From Candidatus Latescibacterota bacterium (GTDB taxonomy: Bacteria; Latescibacterota; UBA2968), in the NCBI GenBank assembly GCA_965116885.1, contig OZ220741.1:3232001-3296000 (forward strand): 64,000 bases of DNA, given 5' to 3'. The position numbers were made by a program, and so were the translations under genes. Below the pieces are notes generated by a model. The model saw only the letters and a list, made by a program, of their open reading frames with translations. It was not told where the DNA came from and did no database searches. This document shows, piece by piece, positions 20,268 to 28,173 of the stretch. Position 1 is the first letter of the stretch; each line of letters opens with the position of its first letter.

Positions 20268-21125
20268 ATGGCGAAGAAAAAGGTTGTTCTAACAGGTGCA
20301 TCGGGCTATGTGGCGGGGCGGATGTTGCCCGCATTGCGCGAGAGGTACGATCTGACGTTGTTGGATGTGAAGACGACCAACCGCGAGGGCGATAAAGTTG
20401 AAGGCGTGCAAGTTGTGGATTTGATAAACCCGGATCGGGATGCATATCGCGCCCATTTTCGAGGTGCTGATGCCGTGGTACACAGCGGGTTTAAGGGGAC
20501 CGTAGATTGGAGTCATACGGATTATTGGAAGGAGTCCGATAATATTCGGATGTGCTACAATGTGTACCAGACGTGTGTCGAAGAAGGTGTGAAACGCATT
20601 GTGGTGATGAGTTCGAATCACGCATGCGATTTTTACGAGCGGTTGATCTGGTCTGACCGATTGGATTTTGCTACGACCGATATGCTGCCCCTGTCCGACA
20701 ATTTTTACGGTTGGGCAAAGTCGTCGTACGAACATCTGGCTTTTGTGTTTGCAACGGGCAATGCGACCAATGGCAAGCGGTTGGAGAGTGTTCACATTCG
20801 CATTGGCGCGCCCCGAGACACCATTATGGAAGGGCAGTCGGCGGATGATTTAAAGCAGTTGCACCGGGAATTGGGCGCGTATTTGAGTGCGCGAGATTTG
20901 TCGCAATTGGTGATCAAGAGTATTGAGACCGAGAATATTGAAGATGAAAATGGGGTGCCGTTTCAGGTGTTTTTTGGCATTAGTGGGAATACGCACCGGT
21001 TCTGGAATATCGACAATGCAAGGCGCGTTGTGGGATACGCGCCAGAGGATGATAGTCAGATTCGGTTTGCGGGGGAGATTGCGGAGATTATTCAAAAGGC
21101 ACAAAGAAGACAGCGAATAATTTGA
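20268..21125 (+). CDS. NAD-dependent epimerase/dehydratase family (uronate dehydrogenase-like)
   Basis: TGASGYVA, SSNHA, YGWAK, RIG and GISGN...W...ARRVVGYAPED motifs. Confidence 0.8.
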   Translation: MAKKKVVLTGASGYVAGRMLPALRERYDLTLLDVKTTNREGDKVEGVQVVDLINPDRDAYRAHFRGADAVVHSGFKGTVDWSHTDYWKESDNIRMCYNVYQTCVEEGVKRIVVMSSNHACDFYERLIWSDRLDFATTDMLPLSDNFYGWAKSSYEHLAFVFATGNATNGKRLESVHIRIGAPRDTIMEGQSADDLKQLHRELGAYLSARDLSQLVIKSIETENIEDENGVPFQVFFGISGNTHRFWNIDNARRVVGYAPEDDSQIRFAGEIAEIIQKAQRRQRII

Positions 21126-21132
21126 GCTGTCT

Positions 21133-21245
21133 CACAGATGAACACAGATGAACACCGATAAAGAGGGTACAACGTTGGATAATGATCACTCATTTTCGGA
21201 AGGATAAAGATGTAACCATCTGTGTCTATCGGCGTTTATCTGTGG
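21133..21245. repeat. Inverted-repeat element built of 10-bp CACAGATRAA units
   Basis: Left arm CACAGATGAA-CACAGATGAA-CACCGATAAA; right arm ATCTGTGTCT-ATCGGCGTTT-ATCTGTGG. Confidence 0.8.
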
Positions 21246-21262
21246 TTCCAAAAGGTTTTGTC

Positions 21263-22387
21263 ATGAAAATTACAGGATTTGAGACGATTCCCATTCGGGG
21301 TCGGGCGATGATTTTGAAGATGTTTACGGATGAAGGATTGGTGGGGTATGGCGAGCCGATGAATTACGAGCATTGGCGCGTGGTGGCGCAGGCTGTAGAG
21401 GATATGGCCGAGTACCTGGTGGGGAAAGATCCGCTGAATATTGAGGATCACTGGCAGGCGATGTATCGCTCGAGTTATAGCCGGAGTATGCCGGTGCTGG
21501 TCGGTGCGCTGAGTGGGATTGAGATGGCGATGTGGGATGTGTTTGGCAAGATGGTGGGGTTGCCGGTCTGGAAACTTTTGGGTGGGAAAGTTCGCGATCG
21601 CATTCGCGTGTACACTGGGACGGGTGGGACGACGCCAGAGGAATGTGCGGAGAATGCGAGCCAGAAGGTGGCAGAGGGCTTTCGCGCAGTGAAGATGGGG
21701 GCTTCGCCGAGTCCTGTGCGATTTGTCGATACGCCAGAGAAAATAGATTTTATGGTTTCGCGCGTTGCTGCGGTGCGCGAAGCTGTGGGATATTCGGTCG
21801 ATATTGCAGTGGATTTGCATCGGCGGTTGAGTCCGACGATGGCTGCGATTCTGGTGAAGGAGTTGGAGCCGCTGCGTCCTCTGTTTGCAGAGGAGCCGTG
21901 TCATCCGGAAAATAACGAGGCGTTATTGGCGCTGTCCCGGGGTACAACTGTACCTATTGCCACGGGCGAACGGCATTTGACGCGCTGGGGATTCCGCGAA
22001 CTCATAGAGCGAGAGATGTGCGCGATTTTGCAACCGGATATTCGCCATTGTGGGGGTATGTCGGAATTGAAAAAGATCGCGGGGATGGCAGAGATTCACA
22101 ATATGGCGATTGCGCCGCACAATGCGGCCGGGCCTGTGGGGGTGGCAGCGTCGGTGCATGTGATGGCGACGATTCCAAATTTGTTGATTTGCGAGGGTGG
22201 TCATAACCGTGGTGAAGGCTTGTTTAAGATGCCTCTAATTTTTCGAGATGGTTTTATTGAATTGCCAACTGAGCCGGGTTTGGGTGTGGATATGGACGAT
22301 GATGCGCTCGAGGCTTTGCGCGATGAATCACATCGCCTGCGCGGGATGTTCTGGCATGAAGATGACGGATCTTTTGCGGATTATTAA
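21263..22387 (+). CDS. dgoD: Galactonate dehydratase-like enolase family protein (second paralog)
   Basis: GYGE, SGIEMAMWD, DLH, EEP, ATGER, QPD and PGLG motifs; C-terminal DGSFADY. Confidence 0.78.
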   Translation: MKITGFETIPIRGRAMILKMFTDEGLVGYGEPMNYEHWRVVAQAVEDMAEYLVGKDPLNIEDHWQAMYRSSYSRSMPVLVGALSGIEMAMWDVFGKMVGLPVWKLLGGKVRDRIRVYTGTGGTTPEECAENASQKVAEGFRAVKMGASPSPVRFVDTPEKIDFMVSRVAAVREAVGYSVDIAVDLHRRLSPTMAAILVKELEPLRPLFAEEPCHPENNEALLALSRGTTVPIATGERHLTRWGFRELIEREMCAILQPDIRHCGGMSELKKIAGMAEIHNMAIAPHNAAGPVGVAASVHVMATIPNLLICEGGHNRGEGLFKMPLIFRDGFIELPTEPGLGVDMDDDALEALRDESHRLRGMFWHEDDGSFADY

Positions 22388-22390
22388 TGC

Positions 22391-22425
22391 GAATTAAAAA
22401 TTGAGAATTAGGAATTAAGAATTAA
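22391..22425. repeat. Heptamer tandem repeat (consensus GAATTAA) x5
   Basis: gaattaa aaattga gaattag gaattaa gaattaa; a related run lies at 54984-55004. Confidence 0.75.
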
Positions 22426-22499
22426 GGATCGGGAGCGGGGCAGGCTGCACGCCACAGCACCAGCAATCATGAAAATCCCGATTCAGATGGGGGTGTAAG

Positions 22500-23720
22500 T
22501 TGCTTTTCGACTCTCGCTTTTTCTCCGTGTTTATCGGTGTTCATCTGTGGTTGCTTTTGCTGTTTGCAAGCGGTTATGTGGAGGCTATAGAGAGAGTGGC
22601 TCTCAGGCGGGAATACAACGATGTGTCCGCCGCTGTAGATAGTCTCGTGCGGGTGATGCAGGTGGCAGATGCCGAGGTGTTGAAGAAACTGCCGGAAGCG
22701 CGTCCCGATCGCATGCTGCCCGAGGGAATGACGGCTGTGATGATTTTTTGGGCAGATGACGAAGCGCGGGTTTGGCTCAATGATTTTCCCGTGGGTGAGA
22801 CCCGGTTGACACCCGTGGAAGTGACTGTTCCAGATTTGTATTTTCAAGGGCAAAATCGCCTGCGCGTGCGGTGTTGGGATACGGATAGGGTGGAGAGTGG
22901 TTTTTTGGGTGGTTTGTACTTGAAAGATGGTGTTGGAAGGTTGTACCCTATTGTGGTTTCCAATGGGACATGGGAGACCTCAGGAGGACGGGCAACGGAA
23001 ATTATTTATGCCCATCCGATGCCAGATATTCCCGGTGCACAACCGATTTGGGGCATGCGCATGTTTGGATTTGTAGATATGGCTATCACTTTTGACCGGG
23101 GTGCGATTGATCGCGCGCTTGCAAAAAGCGCATCCACAAGGCCAATGGCTGCGCGGCAACAGGCAATGGATTATCACACCTTTGCTCAGCAACTCGCTAT
23201 TTTGCAGGCTCGAAGAGAAAAGTTAAGAGCAGATTTAGCGCGTCAGGGCGACCTGAGCGTGCCGCTTTACAATCGGGAACGCGCCCGTTCTGCATCGCTG
23301 TCACTGGGGAAGGCTGCGCCTTTGACCGAAAAGGTGTCGGCACCGGTGGCAGAAAATGTGCGGTCCTGGTCGGAGAAGTTACCGGCGGTGCAGCAGCAGT
23401 TGATTTATCCAGACCGCCGCGCGTTAAAAGGAGAAGGTGCTGTAACTGCGACCACGGGTGATGCGGTTTCCACTGCGACCGACCGCGGCAGTCGCGAGCA
23501 GGCGTATCGCCCTCCTGAAGAACGCGGTGGGATGAAAAGTGAAACAAAAGATGAGGGTGTCAATGCCCAGGTGCAGCCGCAGGGAATGAGACGCGGTGGT
23601 GGGGGTGGACAATCGAGTCAGGCCACGCGATTGGGATTGTTGTTGCCCACGCTGATAGTGGGAATTTATGTGTTGTATGTGGCCATACGCTGGCAATCGT
23701 TAATGGGAGAAAATGATTGA
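22500..23720 (+). CDS. Hypothetical exported protein: jelly-roll (galactose-binding-like) domain, linker and C-terminal TM anchor
   Basis: Hydrophobic N-terminus; ADDEARVWLN...GQNRLRV...GFLGGL...IVVSNGTW pattern; GGGGG followed by a TM helix at the C-terminus. Confidence 0.6.
   Translation: MLFDSRFFSVFIGVHLWLLLLFASGYVEAIERVALRREYNDVSAAVDSLVRVMQVADAEVLKKLPEARPDRMLPEGMTAVMIFWADDEARVWLNDFPVGETRLTPVEVTVPDLYFQGQNRLRVRCWDTDRVESGFLGGLYLKDGVGRLYPIVVSNGTWETSGGRATEIIYAHPMPDIPGAQPIWGMRMFGFVDMAITFDRGAIDRALAKSASTRPMAARQQAMDYHTFAQQLAILQARREKLRADLARQGDLSVPLYNRERARSASLSLGKAAPLTEKVSAPVAENVRSWSEKLPAVQQQLIYPDRRALKGEGAVTATTGDAVSTATDRGSREQAYRPPEERGGMKSETKDEGVNAQVQPQGMRRGGGGGQSSQATRLGLLLPTLIVGIYVLYVAIRWQSLMGEND
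22524..22552. repeat. Solo arm of the 10-bp CACAGAT repeat family inside the 5' end of ORF 22500
   Basis: TCCGTGTTTATCGGTGTTCATCTGTGGTT is close to the reverse complement of 21133-21162. Confidence 0.75.
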
Positions 23721-24472
23721 TGTACGGATTACACTGGTCTGAATTGTTGTCGTTGGTTCTTTTTTGGGTGGTGTGTGCGATAGCAGGTGCATTGATTTTG
23801 ATGCAACGCTTAAGTGCTACTTGTCGTTACGAAAAACAATTTGGCCTGCCGGAGTCCAATTGGCCTGGTGCGATAATAGGTGGATTGGGCGGTGCTGGCA
23901 TGGCGGGTATTGGTATTTATTTTTATTTTTTTGCGCCAGCAGCCTCGGGTTGGGTCGAGTGGACGGGGCGTTCGGCTTATGTACTCGTTTTGGGCAGTTC
24001 GGCAGCGCATCTGGTCGCGTTTATTCATTTTTGGCGGCGATTGGGGGCAGAAGGTGCGGATACAGGTAATTTGACTGCATTGCGACAGGAACAGGTGGCT
24101 GAATTTCGCCAGAGCCGCGAGAATTATGCGGACTTAAAAGCGCGCGATGACGAGGCAGTAGATGAGTTACTCGCTGTGTTTGGCGAGCGGTTGTTGTCCG
24201 GGCAGCGCGCTTTGAGTCGCATTCCGTTTTATGGGTATTTGGGGACTGTGTGCGGTATTTTGCTGATGGCCGAAGAACTGACCCGACTGGATGAAGCGAC
24301 CGAGACGTTTAAGGTGTTGCGCGATATGGCTGGTGGATTGGTGCTGGCATTTCAGACAACGCTCGTCGCCTTGCTGGCCTATCTGCCGCTTCGAAAGGGC
24401 TATGATATGTTGCTGAATAGGATGTCTGATCTGGAACGCAAATGGTTGGATATGCGCGAAGGGGGGAAATGA
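23720..24472 (+). CDS. Divergent MotA/TolQ/ExbB proton-channel family protein
   Basis: PFYGYLGTVCGI...GLVLAFQTTLVAL helical hairpin, three N-terminal TM helices, TGATG overlap with the upstream gene. Confidence 0.8.
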   Translation: MYGLHWSELLSLVLFWVVCAIAGALILMQRLSATCRYEKQFGLPESNWPGAIIGGLGGAGMAGIGIYFYFFAPAASGWVEWTGRSAYVLVLGSSAAHLVAFIHFWRRLGAEGADTGNLTALRQEQVAEFRQSRENYADLKARDDEAVDELLAVFGERLLSGQRALSRIPFYGYLGTVCGILLMAEELTRLDEATETFKVLRDMAGGLVLAFQTTLVALLAYLPLRKGYDMLLNRMSDLERKWLDMREGGK

Positions 24473-24897
24473 GCGTGAAGCGACGTTTTTTACAGCGCGC
24501 GGTGGCCGAAGCCGAAGCGCACGATGTGAGCAAAGAGTTGTTTTTGGGTATCATGATGCTGATGCTGTGCCTGGGGATTATGATTTTGAATGTGTCGCAG
24601 CCCGTGTGGCGCGTTTACCACCACGATCCCGAACCAGGAGATGTGGTGATTTTATATACTTCCAGAGGTCTGTCGTTTTCGGAAGATGGGCGATCTGCGA
24701 CACGCAGTTTGGGGCCGAACGAGTTTCGCAAAACAGTAAATGATCTGGTTGCGGAACCCGATCGTAATTTGCATCTGTTTCTGAAGGGGGGCAGCCGAGA
24801 GCGCATGGTGAATGACGCGGCTTATGCGGATTCTCTTTTGTCTGTTGGTACAGCGGGCCAAAAGGTGCGCCCCGCCGTATATGTGCATCTGTGGTAA
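24469..24897 (+). CDS. Divergent ExbD/TolR-like single-TM protein
   Basis: Basic N-terminus KRR, then SKELFLGIMMLMLCL TM, then a small periplasmic alpha/beta domain; ATGA overlap with the MotA-like gene. Confidence 0.6.
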   Translation: MSVKRRFLQRAVAEAEAHDVSKELFLGIMMLMLCLGIMILNVSQPVWRVYHHDPEPGDVVILYTSRGLSFSEDGRSATRSLGPNEFRKTVNDLVAEPDRNLHLFLKGGSRERMVNDAAYADSLLSVGTAGQKVRPAVYVHLW

Positions 24898-24920
24898 ATC
24901 GCAATAGTTCAATACTAAAC

Positions 24921-24953
24921 AACAACCCCGGTAGTAGTATCACCGGGGTTGTT
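24921..24953. terminator. Hairpin terminator between convergent operons
   Basis: AACAACCCCGGT-agtagtatc-ACCGGGGTTGTT followed by TATTTT. Confidence 0.75.
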
Positions 24954-25500
24954 TATTTTGTTTATCGCGTTCATCTTTGTACTTCCGCATAAAATACTCA
25001 AAAGAAGTATTCTTAGTCGATGCCGTTTTTCGATCAAACAACTTCATGATCTCTTGCATAAAATCTATTCTTGAGTCGAATCTCTCTGGCATCATACGGT
25101 CAAACTGTTCTTTTGAAATACGATCTGTTTTGTTGAAGCGTCGCCGTATTTTAATTTTACGGCGAGAATCATCATTTAGACCTGCGAGATACCAGCTTTC
25201 TATTTCCCGACACACGACCAAAATTCGATCCTCAGATAGCTTCTCAAACTGGGATGTAATCCGCTCTTTCCTATCTGTTACACACGGAGAATCGTCCATG
25301 TCCGCTACAAAAATATAATCGGCGTGCGGTATAGAATTGATACTATTCAGAAAACCATTTACTTTTTTTAATTTTTGCTGACTATACTTCCAATGCTGAA
25401 CATAATCATAAATATGTTCATATATGGGTCTGATTAAGTGATCAAAGAATCGCTCATCGTCGTCTCCTTCTACGAGAATAAAGAGCCTCCGATACGCCAA
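24940..25500 (-). CDS. TOPRIM/DUF4276-like putative nuclease
   Basis: ILVEGDDD, ADMD and EIESWYLAG motifs; TTG start with GGAGGT RBS. Confidence 0.7.
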   Translation of the reverse strand: MAYRRLFILVEGDDDERFFDHLIRPIYEHIYDYVQHWKYSQQKLKKVNGFLNSINSIPHADYIFVADMDDSPCVTDRKERITSQFEKLSEDRILVVCREIESWYLAGLNDDSRRKIKIRRRFNKTDRISKEQFDRMMPERFDSRIDFMQEIMKLFDRKTASTKNTSFEYFMRKYKDERDKQNKQPR

Positions 25501-25501
25501 T

Positions 25502-26734
25502 CTATACCTCCAACAAGTTCTGGATAAATAGATCTTCAATGCCTATTTCATTTTTCAAGAAAACCTTGATTGCATCACTATCCTCTGGCTTTATTATTTT
25601 GGAAAATCCTTCATCGTCTCTCGTTATGAGCAAGATATTCTCCAAATCCGCGTGTTTAACCATTTCTGGATTATGAGTTGTTGCCAGTATCTGCCTATTT
25701 TTTGATGCCTCTCTGAACATATCCATCACTCTTGAGATTAAATAAGGATGGACATTCCTTTCAGGTTCTTCTATAATGACTGCCTGTTTCTGTTCGAAGT
25801 AAAGCGCGATAATTAAAGCGATAACATTGACAGTGCCATCAGAAATCAAAGAGGCTGGTAGCCCTTCCTTTTTAGCATACTTTTCACGTAGCCTAAAGAA
25901 TATGGATTTATCTACTACCCTTTCCACATTTATATCGTGAATGAATGGCAGGATATCCCGAAATAAATTGAGAAATCTTCGTCTATCTTCTTCTATCCTC
26001 AGGATATTGTTCAGTACTATGGTGAGATTGCTACCATCCATCTCCAATTCTGAGAGACCTGTGATGGGTACAGGTCTCTTGGATAATTTGGGTTCAAAGT
26101 CATAGATACCGATATTTCTAAATCCATTCAAAGCTGATTTTAGGAACACACCAGCAAAAGGTGACTCAATCAAGAGTGGTATTTCATTATACAAAGGCGG
26201 TTCCTTGGTAATTAACAGATCTTCCAAGAATGGAGGTATATCCATATCGGGATTATTTAAGTCTATATTTAGTTTGCCATTAAGACTGGAATATTTGATG
26301 TTAAATTTTTTCGAATTATTGATTTTTTTTTCTTCATAACAGCTCAATGTTATTTTGTCTTGATCAATAGTATATCCAAATTTTCGTGTATGGAATTTTA
26401 AAGAAAACTCATAGTCTATTTTACGAATTTTGAATGAGGGAGATTCGTGATGGTGTCCAAGCCAAAACCCCTCGGATTCGCCCTGCATAACTACGCGAAA
26501 CGAAAGGGGCCGGGAATGCGCAATCCTTATATTCCATAGATACTCTATACCCCCCTGAAGCGAAATTGCATTTTCCAATCCGTGAATAACAATATCTCTC
26601 AAAAATTGGAAGGCTTGAACGAGATTAGATTTTCCCGAGGCATTCGCTCCAACCAGTAAGTTGAAGTCGTTCAAGTGAATAGATTGATTATCGAAACTCT
26701 TAAAGTTTGATATTTCAATTTTTGTAATTTTCAT
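25502..26734 (-). CDS. AAA_21/SMC-like ABC-type ATPase
   Basis: ISNFKSF, Walker A GANASGKS, signature ISDGT, Walker B IIEEPE and TTH; AT-rich. Confidence 0.88.
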   Translation of the reverse strand: MKITKIEISNFKSFDNQSIHLNDFNLLVGANASGKSNLVQAFQFLRDIVIHGLENAISLQGGIEYLWNIRIAHSRPLSFRVVMQGESEGFWLGHHHESPSFKIRKIDYEFSLKFHTRKFGYTIDQDKITLSCYEEKKINNSKKFNIKYSSLNGKLNIDLNNPDMDIPPFLEDLLITKEPPLYNEIPLLIESPFAGVFLKSALNGFRNIGIYDFEPKLSKRPVPITGLSELEMDGSNLTIVLNNILRIEEDRRRFLNLFRDILPFIHDINVERVVDKSIFFRLREKYAKKEGLPASLISDGTVNVIALIIALYFEQKQAVIIEEPERNVHPYLISRVMDMFREASKNRQILATTHNPEMVKHADLENILLITRDDEGFSKIIKPEDSDAIKVFLKNEIGIEDLFIQNLLEV

Positions 26735-26828
26735 GTTGGCAGCCTTGTAAGAATAGGCTTGACCTCTTTTACCATCAGGACCTTGTCCCGATCCACGAAA
26801 AAGATTCCCACAGAGATATTTCGCCCGC

Positions 26829-27599
26829 CTATTGAACACTGCTTTTTAGAGTGCGGGCGAATAGGTCGAGGACCGCATCCCAGGATTTTTCGGCGGCTTC
26901 CGCGTGGTAGTGTGTTAAACGCTGGGGGAAGAAATAGCCGTGTAGCGCACCGTGCATAAAGTCAATGCGATGTGGGACGTCACAGCGGGTGAGTTCGGTT
27001 TTGTAGAGTTGTAAGTGTTCTTCGGTTGCGCCGGCATCCCGGTCTGCCCAGCCAAAGTAGCCTTCGGCTCTGAGTTTGGGAATGGCGAGATGGGGCGAGT
27101 CTGTTGCATCCGTGACGAGTTTGCCGCCGTGAATGGAGGCAAAGGCCAAAACGTGATCGGGATACGTTGCCGCTGCAAAGAGGGCGTGGCGACCGCCCAT
27201 GCATGTGCCGATAGTGCCGACCCGTTGGGCATCGGCTTGAGGTTCTTCGTTGTCGAGGTGGCGAAGCAGGGCACCCGTGTCCTCAACGACCATGGCATTG
27301 GTTGTGCTGGTGTTGAGGTTCATCGGGTGCAGGGGGTCCGTTTTTTCGAGATTGAGATCGCCGCGCATAAATTTTTCGGGGTTGTAAGACGGATTCCCCA
27401 TGCGATAAAATAGGGAGGGGAGTACGGTGTAATATCCCGCGCGAGCAAAACGACGGCACATGTTTTTTATTTCGTCGCGAATGCCAAATATGTCAAAGTA
27501 GAAGATGACAGCGGGATGCGGTCCTTCGCCTTCTGGATGAAAGACACAGGTGGGCATTATACCGTCTGAAGTAGTAACTTCAATGGTTTTTTCGATCAT
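26829..27599 (-). CDS. Dienelactone hydrolase family protein
   Basis: DIFGIR, GTCMGG nucleophile elbow, HGG, SPH and HGY motifs. Confidence 0.9.
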   Translation of the reverse strand: MIEKTIEVTTSDGIMPTCVFHPEGEGPHPAVIFYFDIFGIRDEIKNMCRRFARAGYYTVLPSLFYRMGNPSYNPEKFMRGDLNLEKTDPLHPMNLNTSTTNAMVVEDTGALLRHLDNEEPQADAQRVGTIGTCMGGRHALFAAATYPDHVLAFASIHGGKLVTDATDSPHLAIPKLRAEGYFGWADRDAGATEEHLQLYKTELTRCDVPHRIDFMHGALHGYFFPQRLTHYHAEAAEKSWDAVLDLFARTLKSSVQ

Positions 27600-27611
27600 C
27601 GCGTTATCCTT

Positions 27612-27641
27612 AAAGCCGCGAAAATATGCACTCGCGGCTTT
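27612..27641. terminator. Intrinsic terminator-like hairpin
   Basis: AAAGCCGCGA-10 nt-TCGCGGCTTT. Confidence 0.65.
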
Positions 27642-27661
27642 TGTTTTATATGTCTATTGGA

Positions 27662-28081
27662 TCAACTCGAAATGATGCCACCACTTGGTGGACTGCCTCC
27701 ACCTGGAACGCCACCCTGTCCGGGCAAACCGCCGGGCGGCATTGTGCCGGGGACGACGATGCGGGAAGATTCCTGGCGGCGGTATTCTTTGGCTTCTTCG
27801 ACCATTTGATCAACGGCGTGTTTGATGGCCTGGGGAAATTTTTCTATTGCTTCTTGAAGCGAAGCGGCTTCAATAGGGGCAGAGATTGGCAGAGGCCCCA
27901 TTTGAGATATGATTTGTGTGGAGCCGATGTATTGGGTGGGACGACTTGTGTCGTCTGTGCCATCGGTGTTGATGGGGATCAGGCGCCGAATTGTGGCGAC
28001 GCGCAAATCGGTGATGGATTCTTCTCGATAGAGGTTTTGTTGATCAACCTGAATCTGATCGAGTGGCAACTGGTCGGCCAT
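27662..28081 (-). CDS. Conserved hypothetical cytoplasmic protein
   Basis: NLYREE.ITD..ATIRRL.P...DG..D..R and GPLPI motifs; Pro/Gly-rich tail. Confidence 0.65.
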   Translation of the reverse strand: MADQLPLDQIQVDQQNLYREESITDLRVATIRRLIPINTDGTDDTSRPTQYIGSTQIISQMGPLPISAPIEAASLQEAIEKFPQAIKHAVDQMVEEAKEYRRQESSRIVVPGTMPPGGLPGQGGVPGGGSPPSGGIISS

Positions 28082-28173
28082 GAGAGTCTCCAAAAAAAAA
28101 GGTTACGAGTGCGCCCTGCGAGGGCAATTAAATGTTGGCGTAAATATAGGACAAGTTGTGCGAATACGCACTT

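Noticed and set aside
21133..21245. Possible CRISPR array, also considered for 51636-52013 and 39735-39812
   Set aside because: No identical 23-47 bp repeats separated by unique spacers, and no cas genes.
23720..26734. Zorya defence system
   Set aside because: No long ZorA tail and no OmpA-type ZorB domain. The ATPase/TOPRIM pair is on the opposite strand with different composition, so functional linkage is unproven.
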